Source: Scyliorhinus canicula
Lineage: Eukaryota
Direction: 5' to 3'
Length of the DNA: 64,000 bases
NCBI RefSeq assembly: GCF_902713615.1
Contig: NW_024055453.1
Location: 1 to 64,000 of the forward strand
This document shows, in pieces, positions 49,945 to 61,890 of the stretch; position 1 is the stretch's first letter; every line of letters starts with the position of its first letter. A program made the position numbers and the translations under genes. The notes under the pieces are model-generated. The model saw only the letters and a program-made list of their open reading frames with translations. It had not been told where the DNA came from and did no database searches.

Positions 49945-50945
49945 GAGATAGGATTAACTGTCACATAGAAAGGCATCGACTGGTCAGGGATAGGCAGCAT
50001 GGATTTGTTAAAGGAAGTTCTTGCCTCACAAATTTGATCAAATTCTTTGAGGGAGTGACAAGAAGTGTTGATAAAGGTAGTGCAGTGAGATGTTGTGCAC
50101 ATAGATTTTAGCAAGGCATTTGACAAAGTCGCATGTGGCAAAAGCTGAAAGCCCGTGGGACACAGGGCAATGTGGCAAACTGGATAAAACGTTGGCTCAG
50201 TAACCGGGGACAAAGGGTAATGTTCATTGGCTGCCCTTGCAATTGGAAAAGTTGTTTCAAGTGGTGTGCCACAGGGCTCGGTGTTGGGACCATTACTATG
50301 TGGGCTATATAGTAACAATTTGGACCAAGGGAGCATGATTAGGAAATTTGCAGACGACACAAAGATTGGCCGAATTCTGGACATTGTAGAGGATAGCTAT
50401 CATCTCCAAAACAATAGAGATGGATTTGTGGAGTGGGCAATCCAGGGGCAATAGGTAATTTAACACAGAAACGTGTGAGGTCATGCATTTAGGGAGATCA
50501 ACCAGTTCTGGGAGTGCACAAAAAATTGGACAGATCTAGATCAAAACTGGGCATTCATGAGGTGCTGTGAGCCATCAGCAGCACAGTATTTAAACACAAT
50601 CTGTAACCTCACAGGCTGGCATATCCCTCACTCTACCATTACCATCAAGCCAAGGGACCAACCCTGATTCACCATGCAGTGGAGGAGAACATGTCAGGAG
50701 CAGCACCAGGTTTCCCTGAAACACATTCCAATCTGGTGACCCTATAACAGGAGACGATAAACGTATTAAACAGCAGAAGCAGCTCTCGGCAGGACTAAGC
50801 GATCTCACTCATAGCGTTTCAGATCAAAGCTGCAGTCCTGCAACATCCACATGGTGGTGAATAATTAAACAAATCACAGGAGGAGGAGGCTCTACAAACA
50901 TCACCATCTTCGGTGATTGGGGAGACAAGCATATCAGTACAAATT
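49945..50945 (+). mobile_element. Decayed CR1-group LINE fragments
   Basis: QHGFVKG, DFSKAFDKV, GVPQGSVLGP, KFADDTK; second fragment HSTITIKP.DQP. Confidence 0.75.
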
Positions 50946-51591
50946 GAAACAAACTGAACCAATTTCAGTGCTGCCTCCATATGGGCTGGTCGACTGCCGT
51001 CTTTTCCCAGAGATATGATATGATTCTAGGTGGTTCGTAGTGCAGAAGTTTGTAAGGATCCTTTTTTCGGATGTCCTTGTATCATTTGTACTGACCACTT
51101 TCATGTGACTCTTCCCAGTGCGAGTTTGTTCATGTTCAATTAGATTCTGTGATCATTTAAACAGCTTCCCAGAGTGAGAACAACTGAACTGTCCCTCAGT
51201 GCGAACAACCTGGTGCTTGACCAGGTCCCCAGTACAAATGACTGGGTTTTGTGTTAAGTGATCCTGGGTTTGCTACCAATACCTCCCCTGGATGCCAAAA
51301 CTAAGACAGACACACGAAGCGATAGGGAGCTGGGACATGGCTTTGAGAGTAACTGAAGGTGTAAGAACTGAAATAGTCTGGAGTTAGAAAGGAGGAAAGG
51401 CCACAAAAATGCAACATTCAGTAACAGGACATCAATTAATCGCCTCTACCCCAGTGAAATGAAGGTTTCGATCGTGTGTCTGAAATAATATTAGTTCACT
51501 TGACATATATTCAGAGGATTAAACTCCAGCCCAGTTACAGAGATTATTAACATCAGCAAAAACAAACTCCAACAGTCAGAATGACCATGGT

Positions 51592-52566
51592 TCAGTCCTG
51601 GATGTGATTAACAGCAGCAACAACAGCAGAATCCAAACCCTGCAGACATTTATCAACCTGTTGCTGTGTCAGATGAGTTGTCCACGTAAATCCCTTCTCA
51701 CACTCAGAGAAGATGAACGGTCTCTCCCCGGTGTGAGTGTGCTGGTGTGTCAGCAGGTGGGATGAGCGAGTGAATCCCTTCCCACAGTCAGAGCAGGTGA
51801 ATGGCCTCTCCCCAGTGTGAACTCGCTGGTGTCTCAGCAAAACACTTGTGGTTTTAAAACTCTTCTCACATTCAGAACATTTGAAAGGTTTCTTATCCGA
51901 GTGAACAAGTTGGTGTGATCTGAGGCTGGTTAAATAAATGAATCCCTTTCCACATAAGGAGCAGGTGAATGACCTCTCCCCAGTGTGAACTCGCTGGTGT
52001 TTCTAGAGGCCAAATAACTGAGTAAATCCCTTCCCACACACTGTACATCTGAACGGCCTCTCCTCATTGTGAACTCGCTGGTGTAGCAGCAGATCACTTG
52101 TGGTTTTATAACTCTTCTCACATTCAGTACATTTGAAAGGTCTGTTATCACTGTGAACCAGTCTGTGAGTAGCGAGGTGGGATGATCGTGTGAATCTTTT
52201 CCCACACACAGAGCAGGTGAATGGTCTCTCCCCAGTGTGAGTGCGTTCGTGTTCAATGAGATTCTGTGATCGTTTGAATAGCTTCCCACAGTGAGAGCAG
52301 CTGAACTGTCTCTCAGTGCGAACAACCTGGTGCTTGACCAGGTCCTCTGAGCTTTTAGAGTTGTTATCACAGTCTGACTGGTTAAACAGCCTCTCATCAA
52401 TGTGAACTTGCTGGTGGGTCCGCAGGTGGGATGACTGAATGAATCCCTTCCCACACATGGAGCAGGTGAACGGCCTCTCTCCAGTGTGACTGCGTCGATG
52501 TATTTCCAGCAGGGATGGGTAATTGAATCCCTTCCCACAATCCTCACATTTCCACGGTTTCTCCGT
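51592..52566 (-). pseudogene. Tandem C2H2 ZNF with start mutated ATG>ACG and one in-frame TAG
   Basis: acc ACG gag aaa ccg tgg (TEKPWKC); ORFs 52003-52458 and 51592-51840 share one frame, separated by TAG. Confidence 0.8.
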
Positions 52567-53894
52567 GGTGTCGGTGTTGTTGTGTATGTCCAGTTTGGAT
52601 GGTCAGTGGAAGCCTCGTCCACACACAGAACACGACAGTGAATGGGGTGATGTTTTTTCAGGCTGTGTAACTGGTTAAAGCTCTTTCCACAGTCAGTTCA
52701 CTGGATCACTCTCACTCGGGTGTGTGTGTGTCTCGGTGCTTTTCCAGTCACACTGATGTTTGAAATCTTTTCCCACGGACAGAACAGACAAACATTTCTC
52801 CTTCCACATTCAAAGACCGATGGTATTCAGGTGCTCATGAATTGAGTGACTCTGTCAGATCTCGATATGATGTTTGGTTTGAGTTTCCCATCTGCAAATC
52901 ATCGTCCTCTTGTACCTTGTAAAAGACATTGACAGTGTCAGGATTACCATTAGTGCAGGATAGAAATTTAGAACCGACAATTCCAGTTTCTATGATTTTT
53001 TTCCTCTCTTGTTTCCCCAAACTTGTGGTCCAATCAAACGTCCTTCTCAACTAAACCAGAATGTTGTTTCCAGTGTCTATGAGACATCCTGTACCCTGAG
53101 GTGTCCACCGGTGTGGAAGGTCTCACGAGTTCCGGTAGACACCGTACGCCCCCCTCTCCAGGACCACCCAGGGATTGACAAGACCACAGAAGAGGGACTG
53201 ACAGCCAGAGTTAACCCCCCGCCACTCTGTAAATTGCTGCTTTAATCAGGCCCAAGAGCAGGTCCAGGAGCCGATCCTCTGACTTATTCAGTCCCCTCCA
53301 CACTGGGCAGGCAGTGATTAGGAGTGTGGGGTTGAAGTATAAACCAAATGGAGAAGCAGTTCCTTCAGATAACTATCCAGGGGCTATCTAGCTGGTTTAA
53401 CTCAGTGAGCTAGATAGCTGGTTTGTGATGCAGAATAAGGCCAATAGCGTGGGTTCAATTCCCGTACCAGCTTACACAAACAGACGCCGGAATGTGGCGA
53501 CTAGGGGCTTTTCACAGAAACTTCATACTTGTGACAATAAAAGGTTATTATTAGAGGCTGTAACCTATGATTGAAAATAAATATGAGACCCAAATTGGGA
53601 AGCATTGCTGTCTCACGGTGCCAAAGACCCGGGCCCGGGTCACTGTCCGTGCGCCGTTTACACATACTCCCCGTGTCTGTGTATGTCTCCCCCACAGCCC
53701 AAAAGAAAGGGGAGCTGAATTGGCCACGGTATATTGCCCCATAATTGGAATAAAAGAACTGGATGCTTTAAATTCATTTAAAAAAATTAAAATTATATGA
53801 CCCAACATCATGCCCAACCCGAAAGTGGGGAATATGTTTTAAAACGTGCTGTCCTGGATGGTGTCTGACCCGGACACTAGGACCCGGTGAGAAC

Positions 53895-54280
53895 AGAAAC
53901 CTGAAGCTCCGCCTACTCTCTATCACGTCTAAAGGCCACAGCGCATGCGCTCCGCGCTGAACCAGAATGGCGACCGTTATCCATAAGCTGTGTCTGGGGA
54001 AAAAAAACCCCAGAAACGGAAACGCGGGACTTGCAGAGTCACATTCGGGGTTTGAGGCCCTCACCAGGTATTTAGAAACCCTCCCTATCCAGATCCGTCC
54101 CCATCGATCCCTCAGAGTTTCCTCATCCTTCCCGCTGCAGAGACGACAAAAGAGCAACTCTGCCCATCGCCATTACTTACACTGCGCATGCTCCCATACT
54201 GGGCGATACTGCGCCTGCGCAGTACATTACGCTGGTGTGAATAGGGGACATTCACTACCGCGGGGAATGCTGGGTAAAAC
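53895..54280. promoter_or_regulatory. CpG-rich bidirectional promoter between divergent ZNFs
   Basis: NRF1 GCGCATGCGC (53941), ACTGCGCATGC (54181), ZNF143/Staf-like TTACCCAGCATTCCCCGCGG on - (54258-54277). Confidence 0.6.
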
Positions 54281-54571
54281 AATTGCCATCGAAAATACTA
54301 AAACCAAAGTGAAAGTGCTGGAAAATGTCAGCAGGTCTGGCAGCATGTGGAGAGGAAAGAGCTAACGTTTTCATTTTTTCATTTCACGTTTGGAGTCCAG
54401 ATGACCCTTTGTCAAAGCTGTAAATACTAATCGAAAATACTAATTAGTTGTGATCTTTTTTGCTGTGATATGGATATTGGGGGGAAATGGGAAATTTATA
54501 AAATTAGGAATCAAGTAATACATAAACCCATGTGTACAGACCCTCCATTATCCATCAGAAAGATGGAGTGA

Positions 54572-54684
54572 TGATGTGGAGATGTGGGACTGGGATGAGC
54601 ACAGTAAGAAGTCTGACAACACCAGGTTAAAGTCCAACAGGTTTCAAACACTAGCTTTTGGAGCACTGCTCCTTCCTCAGGTGA
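54572..54684 (-). mobile_element. Penelope-type terminal repeat with decayed hammerhead
   Basis: Same family as 45805. Confidence 0.7.
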
Positions 54685-54889
54685 TTATACAGGGGCTATA
54701 TAACTGGTTCAGCTCAGTGTGCTAGATAGCTGGTTTGTGGTGCACAATAAGGCCAACAGCGTGGGTTCAATTCCCGTAAGATGGAGTGGTCATTGGTGGA
54801 GAATTTCAAATGCCCCAAAGTTTTCCAAAGCAGCAGCAATGACAGAGTCCAATGCAAACACAGAAGGTGGGGTGACTTGAGTGAAGCAT

Positions 54890-55630
54890 TTCGGTGGTGC
54901 AATGGTTAGCACTATTGCCTCACCGTGCCAGAGACTAGAATTCAATGCCGGCATTGGGTGACTGTGTGGAATTTGCACTTTCTCCCCATGTCTGCGTGCC
55001 TTTCCTCTGGGTGCTGAGGTTTGCTCCCACAGTCCAAAGATGTGCAAAAAAGGTGGACTGGCTGTTCAAAACTGCCCCTTTGTGTCCAGGGATGTTCAAG
55101 TTATTTGGGGTTATGGGGATAGGGCAGGGAAGTGAGCCTAGGTAGTGTGCTCTTGCAGAGGGCAGGTGCAGACTTGATGGGTCGAGTAGCCTCCTTCTGC
55201 ACTGTAGGAATTCTTGGTTCTATTGCACCTAGTAACTGTCAGGATTGTATTTGCGTGGATATTCCAGGTCAGTTTTAAAAATTAATTCATGGGAGGGTGT
55301 GGCTGGTTTCATCAGCATTTATTGCCAATCCCTGGTTGCCCTTGAGAAGTTGCTGGTGAGTTGCCTTCTTGAACTGCTGCAGCCAATGTGGTGCTGGAGA
55401 GGGCAGCACGGTTGTGCAGTGGGTTAGCCCTGTTGCCTCACGACGCCGAGGTCCCAGGTTCGATCCCGGCTTTGGGTCACTGACTGTGTGGAGTTTACAC
55501 ATTCTTCCCGTGTTTGCGTGGGTTTCGCCCCCACAACCCAAAGATGTGCAGGCTAGGTGGATTGGCCACGCTAATTTACCCCTTAATTGGAAAAACTGAA
55601 TTGGGTACTCTAATTTATTTTTTTTAAATT
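54890..55630 (+). mobile_element. Two V-SINE copies (54890-55225 and 55401-55630)
   Basis: V-core with CR1-type and A-rich tails respectively. Confidence 0.8.
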
Positions 55631-56105
55631 AAAAATGTGGTGTAGGAGTACTCACGGTGCTGTTAGGGATAATTCCAGGAATTTCCTGGAGGAATGGCAA
55701 TATATCTCCTTGTCAGGGTGGTGAGTGGCTTGGAGGGTAATTTCCAGGTGGTGTTTTTACCCAAGTGTCTGCTGCCCTTATCCTCGGTGGCAGCGGTTGT
55801 GGATTTTATTTTATAGCAGGTTTAATATAGATTTTTTTTTTAAATCTTTGGAAGGACGTTAGTGAACATTTGGAACAATTCCAGCAACTTTCTTACCACT
55901 TCACCTTAGTTCCAACCCCACAATTTACCAGATGTGTTCAGCTGAATTTCACAATTTGCCTTTGTGTTTTTGTGGCTTGTCTCTCATGTTTCCCTCTTTC
56001 TGTTTTCAATTCATTTTTCAGGGTATTAGAAGATGAGAAATTTCTGACAATCATAAATCAAAGACCACGTCAAGATCTGACCCAGTCACTCGATTCTTCA
56101 GGATG

Positions 56106-56293
56106 AAAAAAATGAAATGAAAATTGCTTATTGTCACAAGTAGGCTTCAAATGAAGTTACTGTGAAAAGCCCCTAGTCGCCACATTCCGGCGCCTGTTCG
56201 GGGAGGCTGGTATGGGAATTGAACCGTGCTGCTGGCCTGCCTTGGTCTGCTTTAAAAGCCAGCTATTTAGCCCAGTGTGCTAAACAAGCCCCT
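56106..56293 (-). mobile_element. Short (TTTCA)n-tail SINE, directly downstream of the tRNA-Pro copy
   Basis: Multi-copy family. Confidence 0.9.
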
Positions 56294-56306
56294 AAACAAC
56301 ACTAAA

Positions 56307-56396
56307 GGGCTCCACCAGGATTTGAACCCGGGACCTCTAGCAAGCTTCAACACTGAAAAGCCCGAAGCGGGCATCATATCCCTAAACCAACGAGCC
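56307..56396 (-). tRNA. tRNA-Pro(CGG)-derived sequence with 18-nt insert at the canonical 37/38 intron position (probable pseudogene)
   Basis: GGCTCGTTGGTTTAGGGATATGATGCCCGCTTCGGG[CTTTTCAGTGTTGAAGCT]TGCTAGAGGTCCCGGGTTCAAATCCTGGTGGAGCCC. Confidence 0.8.
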
Positions 56397-56432
56397 ACTT
56401 TCTGAATATCTGAATATCATCAGCTTTTGAAC

Positions 56433-57640
56433 ATGGAAGGAAAAAGCACTGTTCACAGTGGGGTAAAACTGCATCTGTGTTGTGCGTGTGGACAAGGTTT
56501 CAACCGTTCATCTGGCCCGATGAGACACAAGCGCAGTCACAACGGGGAAAGACCGTATAAATGTGGAGACTGTGGGAGAGGATTCAATTACCCAGTTGGC
56601 CTGGAAAGTCACCGACACACTCACACTGGAGAGAGACCTTTCACCTGCTCAGTGTGTGGGAAGGGATTCACTCAGTTGGCTGGCCTGTTGATACACCAGC
56701 GCATTCACAGCAGGGAGAGGCAGTTCACCTGCTCCTAATGTGGAAAGGGATTTACTCAGTCATCGGCCCTGCTGATACATTGGCACATTCACACAGGGGA
56801 GAGGCCGGTCACCTGCTCTGTGTGTGGGAAGGGAAGCACTGATTTCTCTGCTCTGCAGAAACACCAGCGAGTTCACACCAACAAGAGAGAGTTTAATTGA
56901 TTAAACTGATTGTGGAAAGAGTTTTAAAAGACCACGCATACTGAGGGAGCACCAGTACATTCACACCGGTTCCACACAGTTCAGCTGCTCTCACTGCCGG
57001 AAGGGGTTCAGGGCATCTTTCCACCTTGTGGCACATGAGTACATTCACACTGGAGACAGGCCATTCACTTGCTCTGAATGTGGGAAGGGATTTAATCGAT
57101 CATCCAACCTGCAGAAACACCAACGTGCTCACAGTGATGAGAGACCGTTTAAATGCCCAGACTGCAGGAAGTGTTATAAAAGTTCTGAGGAATTGCGGCG
57201 TCATCAACGTGTTCACTGACGAGAGAACGTTCACATGTTCTCACTGCGGGACTGTGTTCAGGAGAAAAGGCGACCTAACTGTACACCAGCGAATCCATAC
57301 TGGGGAGAGACTGTTCACCTGCCATGTGTGTGGGAAAGGATTCACTTGATTATCCCATCTCGCTGCACACCAACATGTTCACATGACTGAGAGACTGTTT
57401 AAATGTTCTGACTGTGAGAAGAGCTTTAAAAGCAGAAAACTTCTGCTCACACACCAGCATAATCACTCGGGAGAGAGACTATTCACCTGCACTGAGTGTG
57501 GGAAAGGATTCACCCGGTCATCCACTCTGCTGAGGCACCAGCAGGTTCACAGCGAAGAGAAGCCATTCACTTGTTCCACCTGCCGGAAGGGATTTACCCA
57601 GTCATACAACCTGCTGAGACACCAGCAAGTTCACCAGTGA
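56433..57640 (+). pseudogene. Tandem C2H2 ZNF (MEGKS type) with several stops and frameshifts
   Basis: ORF pieces 56427-56738, 57028-57219, 57026-57349 and 57383-57640. Confidence 0.85.
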
Positions 57641-58194
57641 TTACAGGGGTGTGATTCTGCTGTTATTGCTGCTGTTAATCACATCCAGGACTGTTTATTC
57701 TGATAGTTGGGAGTTTATTTCTGATGTAAAGCAGCCTTATTGGACTTGGTGTGTGTCCCACAGCATCTCTCATTCATGCGTGAATAGAACATCATCTCTG
57801 CAAACCTTGTTTTAAATTTGCATTGAACTGAACATTAACAATAAACAGATCTCAGTCCAATCCTGCAGCTGTATATTGACAGGGGAAAGCCTGTTCTGTA
57901 ACTCGAGGATAAGGCTGTGTAAGCTCTGAATGTAATCATCAGGTTCGAGCTATTTGATAGACACCTAACTTGTCAGATATTGAAGGAATTACTCGGAAAG
58001 TAAACTCACCGATTTCTAACCTCAGACTCTGGTCCTGCTGTAATGAACACTCAGCATCCATTAGTGCTGATTTACAGTGAATCACTGATTATTCTGTGGG
58101 ATCTTTGTTACTTGTTTTGTGAAATATCTCTCCTCATTAGTGCTGAATTACTGGATAACTCGGATTGCACTTAGACATGATTTGGATTGAGTTT

Positions 58195-58622
58195 AAAGAT
58201 GTGCAGGTTAGCTGGATTGGCTATGCTAAATTGTCCCTTAGTGTCCAAAGAGGTGCAGGTTAGCTGGATTGGCTATGCTAAATTATCCCTTAGTGTCCAA
58301 AGAGGTGCAGGTTAGCTGGATTGGCTATGCTAAATTATCCCTTAGTGTCCAAAGATGCGCAGGTTAGCTGGATTGGCTATGCTAAATTATCCCTTAGTGT
58401 CCAACGATGTGTAGGTTAGCTGGATTGGCTATGCTAAATTGTCCCTTAGTGTCCAAAGACGTGCAGGTTAGCTGGGTTGGCTATGTTAAATTGTCCCTTT
58501 GTGTCCAAAGATGTGTAGGTTAGCTGGATTGGCTATGCTAAATTGTCCCTTAGTGTCCAAAGATGTGCAGGTTAGCTGGATTGGCTATGCTAAATTGTCC
58601 CTTAGTGTCCAAAGATGTGAAG
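58195..58622 (+). repeat. 52-bp minisatellite x8 derived from a V-SINE internal segment
   Basis: Unit aaagatgtgcaggttagctggattggctatgctaaattgtcccttagtgtcc; SINE tail continues to ~58725. Confidence 0.95.
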
Positions 58623-58944
58623 GTTGGGTGGGATTACAGGGATAAGGCAGGGTAGTCGTCCCAGGTAAGGTGCTCTTTTGGAGGGTCGGTACAGACTGAT
58701 GGGCTGAATGGCCTCCTTCTGATTCTGTGTCAATAAAGGGTCTATGTGCCTAGATAAATTGGTAATTTGTAGCCGATAAACAATGTTTATGTCCTGACTT
58801 GTAGTCTGGCGTCTTTGTGATTTGTGAGGAAAGATTTAATTCACTCACTCAGCAGCTTGAGGGGAACCAGACTGAGGTTTAATGAACATAATGAGCAGGA
58901 ATAGGCCATTCGGTCCTTCGAGCCTGTCCTGCTATTCTTGTTTT

Positions 58945-59293
58945 ATTTGTCATGGGGATATGTCTATCACTGGCTGAGCCAGCATTTATTGCCCATTCCT
59001 AAATTGTCCTTGAACTGATTTGTCATTTCAGAGGTTTTTTAATGTGGGTCTGGAGTCACATGTAGGCCAGACCAGATAATGGTGGCATATTTACTTCCCT
59101 GAAGGGCATTAGATAGTTTTTACAACAATTGATAATTGTTTTCATGGTCATCATAAGATATTTAATTTAAGATTTTTATTGAATTCAAATTTGACCATCT
59201 GCCATAGTGGGATTCGAACCCAGATCCCAGGAGCAGTCCCCTGTGTCTCTGGGTTACTGACACTGTGACAATACCACTACCCCACCGCCTCCT
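58945..59293 (-). mobile_element. Older tRNA-derived SINE with LF-SINE-like 3' end
   Basis: Head GGAGGCGGTGG.TAGTGG...GGTTCGAATCCCAC; tail GGGCAATAAATGCTGGC; fragments also at ~12630, 31990, 41200 and 55270. Confidence 0.65.
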
Positions 59294-59888
59294 CGATCAT
59301 CACTGATTGTCTACTCCAACTCCACCTCCCTGTACTCTCCCCATAGCTCTCAATTCCCTTTATACACAAAAATATATCAAATTGTCTTAATGACACTCAC
59401 TGACTGAGCATCCATTGCTCTCTGGGAGAGAGAATTCCAGAAATTCACAACCTTGGTGAAGAAATTGCTCATCACAATCTGAAATGGGGAACCCTTTATT
59501 CTGAGACTGCGAGTCAGTGTCCCAGATTCCCCAGTCAGGAAAATAAAACATCTTCAGCGTCTAACCACTCCAGACCTTTATGAATCATATGTACTAATGG
59601 CATCACCTCTCATTTTTCTAACCACCACAAAATTTAGGCCTAGTCTAATTTTATCAGCACCCAGTCACCAAGTCCCGAATAATAAGGATAGATTCTAGCA
59701 TTTCGCCTACACTTGATGTTTGGCTAACTGGACGATGGGTTCCCATTTTATCTCTCTCTACTTTCTGGAATAGTGAGTGTAGAATTTGTATGTTTTCTAC
59801 TTTTCAGTCCTTGGAAAGTAAGGAAGTAGGGTGTCTGGACCAGAGGATATAGTCACCATTTAGTCCCATTAATTTCTCCACTCTCTAT

Positions 59889-60449
59889 TGTTATGGGCCA
59901 GGGTTTAGAGAACCCCAAAGTGGATCACGGAATTCACCTGACCCACAACTTTTAATAGATTGTGGTATGGGGAGCACACGGCCCACTCTAAAGGTACAGC
60001 AGAAATGGAAAAGTATTTTTTTAAAGCAAAACAATGTTTATTCTATGAACTCAAGTTAACCTTTTTGAAACATAGTGAACATCTTAGCAACCATTAATTC
60101 AAATACAACCCCCAAAGAATACAACACCAAGTAATGCTTGCGCTGTCCTTTTAACATCTAGAAGACTTACAAAAAACAACCTTTTAAAAGAAGATCAGGT
60201 TAAAGTCACTACTGAAAACATTTATAATTCTGAATTCACCAAATGATCAAGAGATAGTGTTTTGATGGCAGAGAGAACAGCAGAACACCTACTTGGTCTG
60301 GCTTTAGCTCCAACACTGAAAACAAAACTAAAACACACCCTGCAGCCTGCTCAAAAACGAAAGTGAAAAGCAGACAGACAGCCTAGCTCCACCCACTCTC
60401 TGACATCACTGGAGTATCACCCATTTCTTAAAGGTAGTCTCACATGACA
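59889..60449 (-). mobile_element. Solo LTR (561 bp)
   Basis: TG...CA ends with 4-bp TSD ctat; AATAAA on the minus strand. Confidence 0.75.
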
Positions 60450-61249
60450 CTATTTCTATAGGTTCCTCATTCGGACTGGATAAGGGAATCTGTAACCTGC
60501 ATCTGCAAAGCTGTCTGCAGCTCAGTCAGGATTCATGCAGCTTCCACTCTTCATCAATCAAACACATTTTCAATGGGAATTAAATGGACTTTTTCATTTT
60601 TTAAACTTTTATTCACATTATAAATGTCAGAAAGCATCAATCAACAACTTTTCTGTAAAATTCTATAAAATGATGTTGAAACGTGTGTCTGACTGGTTTT
60701 TCATTATTACTGGCATTTGATTAACATATTTGTATTGTTGACCAATTTTTTAAAAGTTGACTCTTCCTTGTATTAATGTTGCCGTCCGCCCCCTGCACTG
60801 AACCCTTAGTTCCCCCTTGTAATTAGAACGTTTTTGTTTCCTACGATGATGACAGATAAAAAGTATTTGTTTTGTTTCTGTTATTTCCTTATTTCAATTA
60901 TAATTTCCCCTTTATCTGTCTCTCATTGGGGCATGTTTACTTTCACTCATCTCTTCCTATCTACACACCTACAGAAATATCTGCTTTGTAAACTCCACGA
61001 GTCCAGACTCAAATTCCCATTTACATTTAATTCAGGCTGTTGTTTCTCAAGTCGATGATCCCGACCACTGTGATCCCACTCCTTTTTTTAAATTGTTTTC
61101 TTTTTATTACTTTATCAGAGTTACAAAGCCAGATCTCAGAGTGTGGACAGGGGCAAACCCCTAATCCAGCTCCTTGCCTGCTCCAAAAACCAATTCAAAT
61201 TGAATCCAATTCATGGTCCCCACGAGAGCGACATCCCAGATCCAGGCAC

Positions 61250-61640
61250 TAGAAGGATGAGGGGGGATCTTATTGTAACTTACATGATACTGTGAGGTCT
61301 GGATAGAGAGGATGCGGAGAGGATGTTTCCACTTGTAGGAAAACTAGAAGCAGAGGACACCATCTCAGGCTAAAGGACGATCCTTCAAAACAGACATGAG
61401 GAGGAATTTCTTCAGCCAGAGGGTGGTTAATCTGTAGAACTCATTGCTGTAAAGGCTGTGGAGGCTAAATTACGGAGTGTCTTTAAGACAGAGATACATA
61501 GGTTCTTGATTAATAAGGGGATCAGGGGTTATGGGGAGAAGGCAGGAGAATGGGGATGAGAAAAATATCAGCCATGATTGAATGGCGGAGCAGACTCAAT
61601 GGGCCGAGTGGCCTAATTCTGCTCCTATGTCTTGTGGGCT
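61250..61640 (+). mobile_element. CR1 3' fragment
   Basis: RRMRGDLIVTYMIL..LDR...; tail gggccgagtggcctaattctgctcctatgtctt. Confidence 0.85.
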
Positions 61641-61641
61641 T

Positions 61642-61689
61642 ATTACACCTGACCTCACGCTGACCTTAGCCAAAAGGCCGAGAGGCGAT
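61642..61689 (-). pseudogene. U2 snRNA 5' fragment
   Basis: ATCGCCTCTCGGCCTTTTGGCTAAGGTCA... versus U2 ATCGCTTCTCGGCCTTTTGGCTAAGATCA (27/29). Confidence 0.8.
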
Positions 61690-61890
61690 GTGATTCCACT
61701 CTTAACACCACTTGAAAGATCCAGAGTGAGGAATCATTACCCGAAAAGAGGATTGAGCTGAGGAGTGATTTTAAAACAGTTTATTGGGAAGCAACAAACT
61801 GGAGTTAAATGGTCAGAAATAGTGAACACTTTTTTAGGTGAGGATGGTTTCTGGCTCCTGGAGGACAAACAGAAGGATTGTGCCGAGTGA

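Noticed and set aside
4133-55630. SINE heads as tRNA genes
   Set aside because: A/B boxes are present but there is no complete cloverleaf and each continues into a SINE body
58195-58622. CRISPR-like regular array
   Set aside because: Head-to-tail units with no unique spacers; the unit is SINE-derived; eukaryotic context
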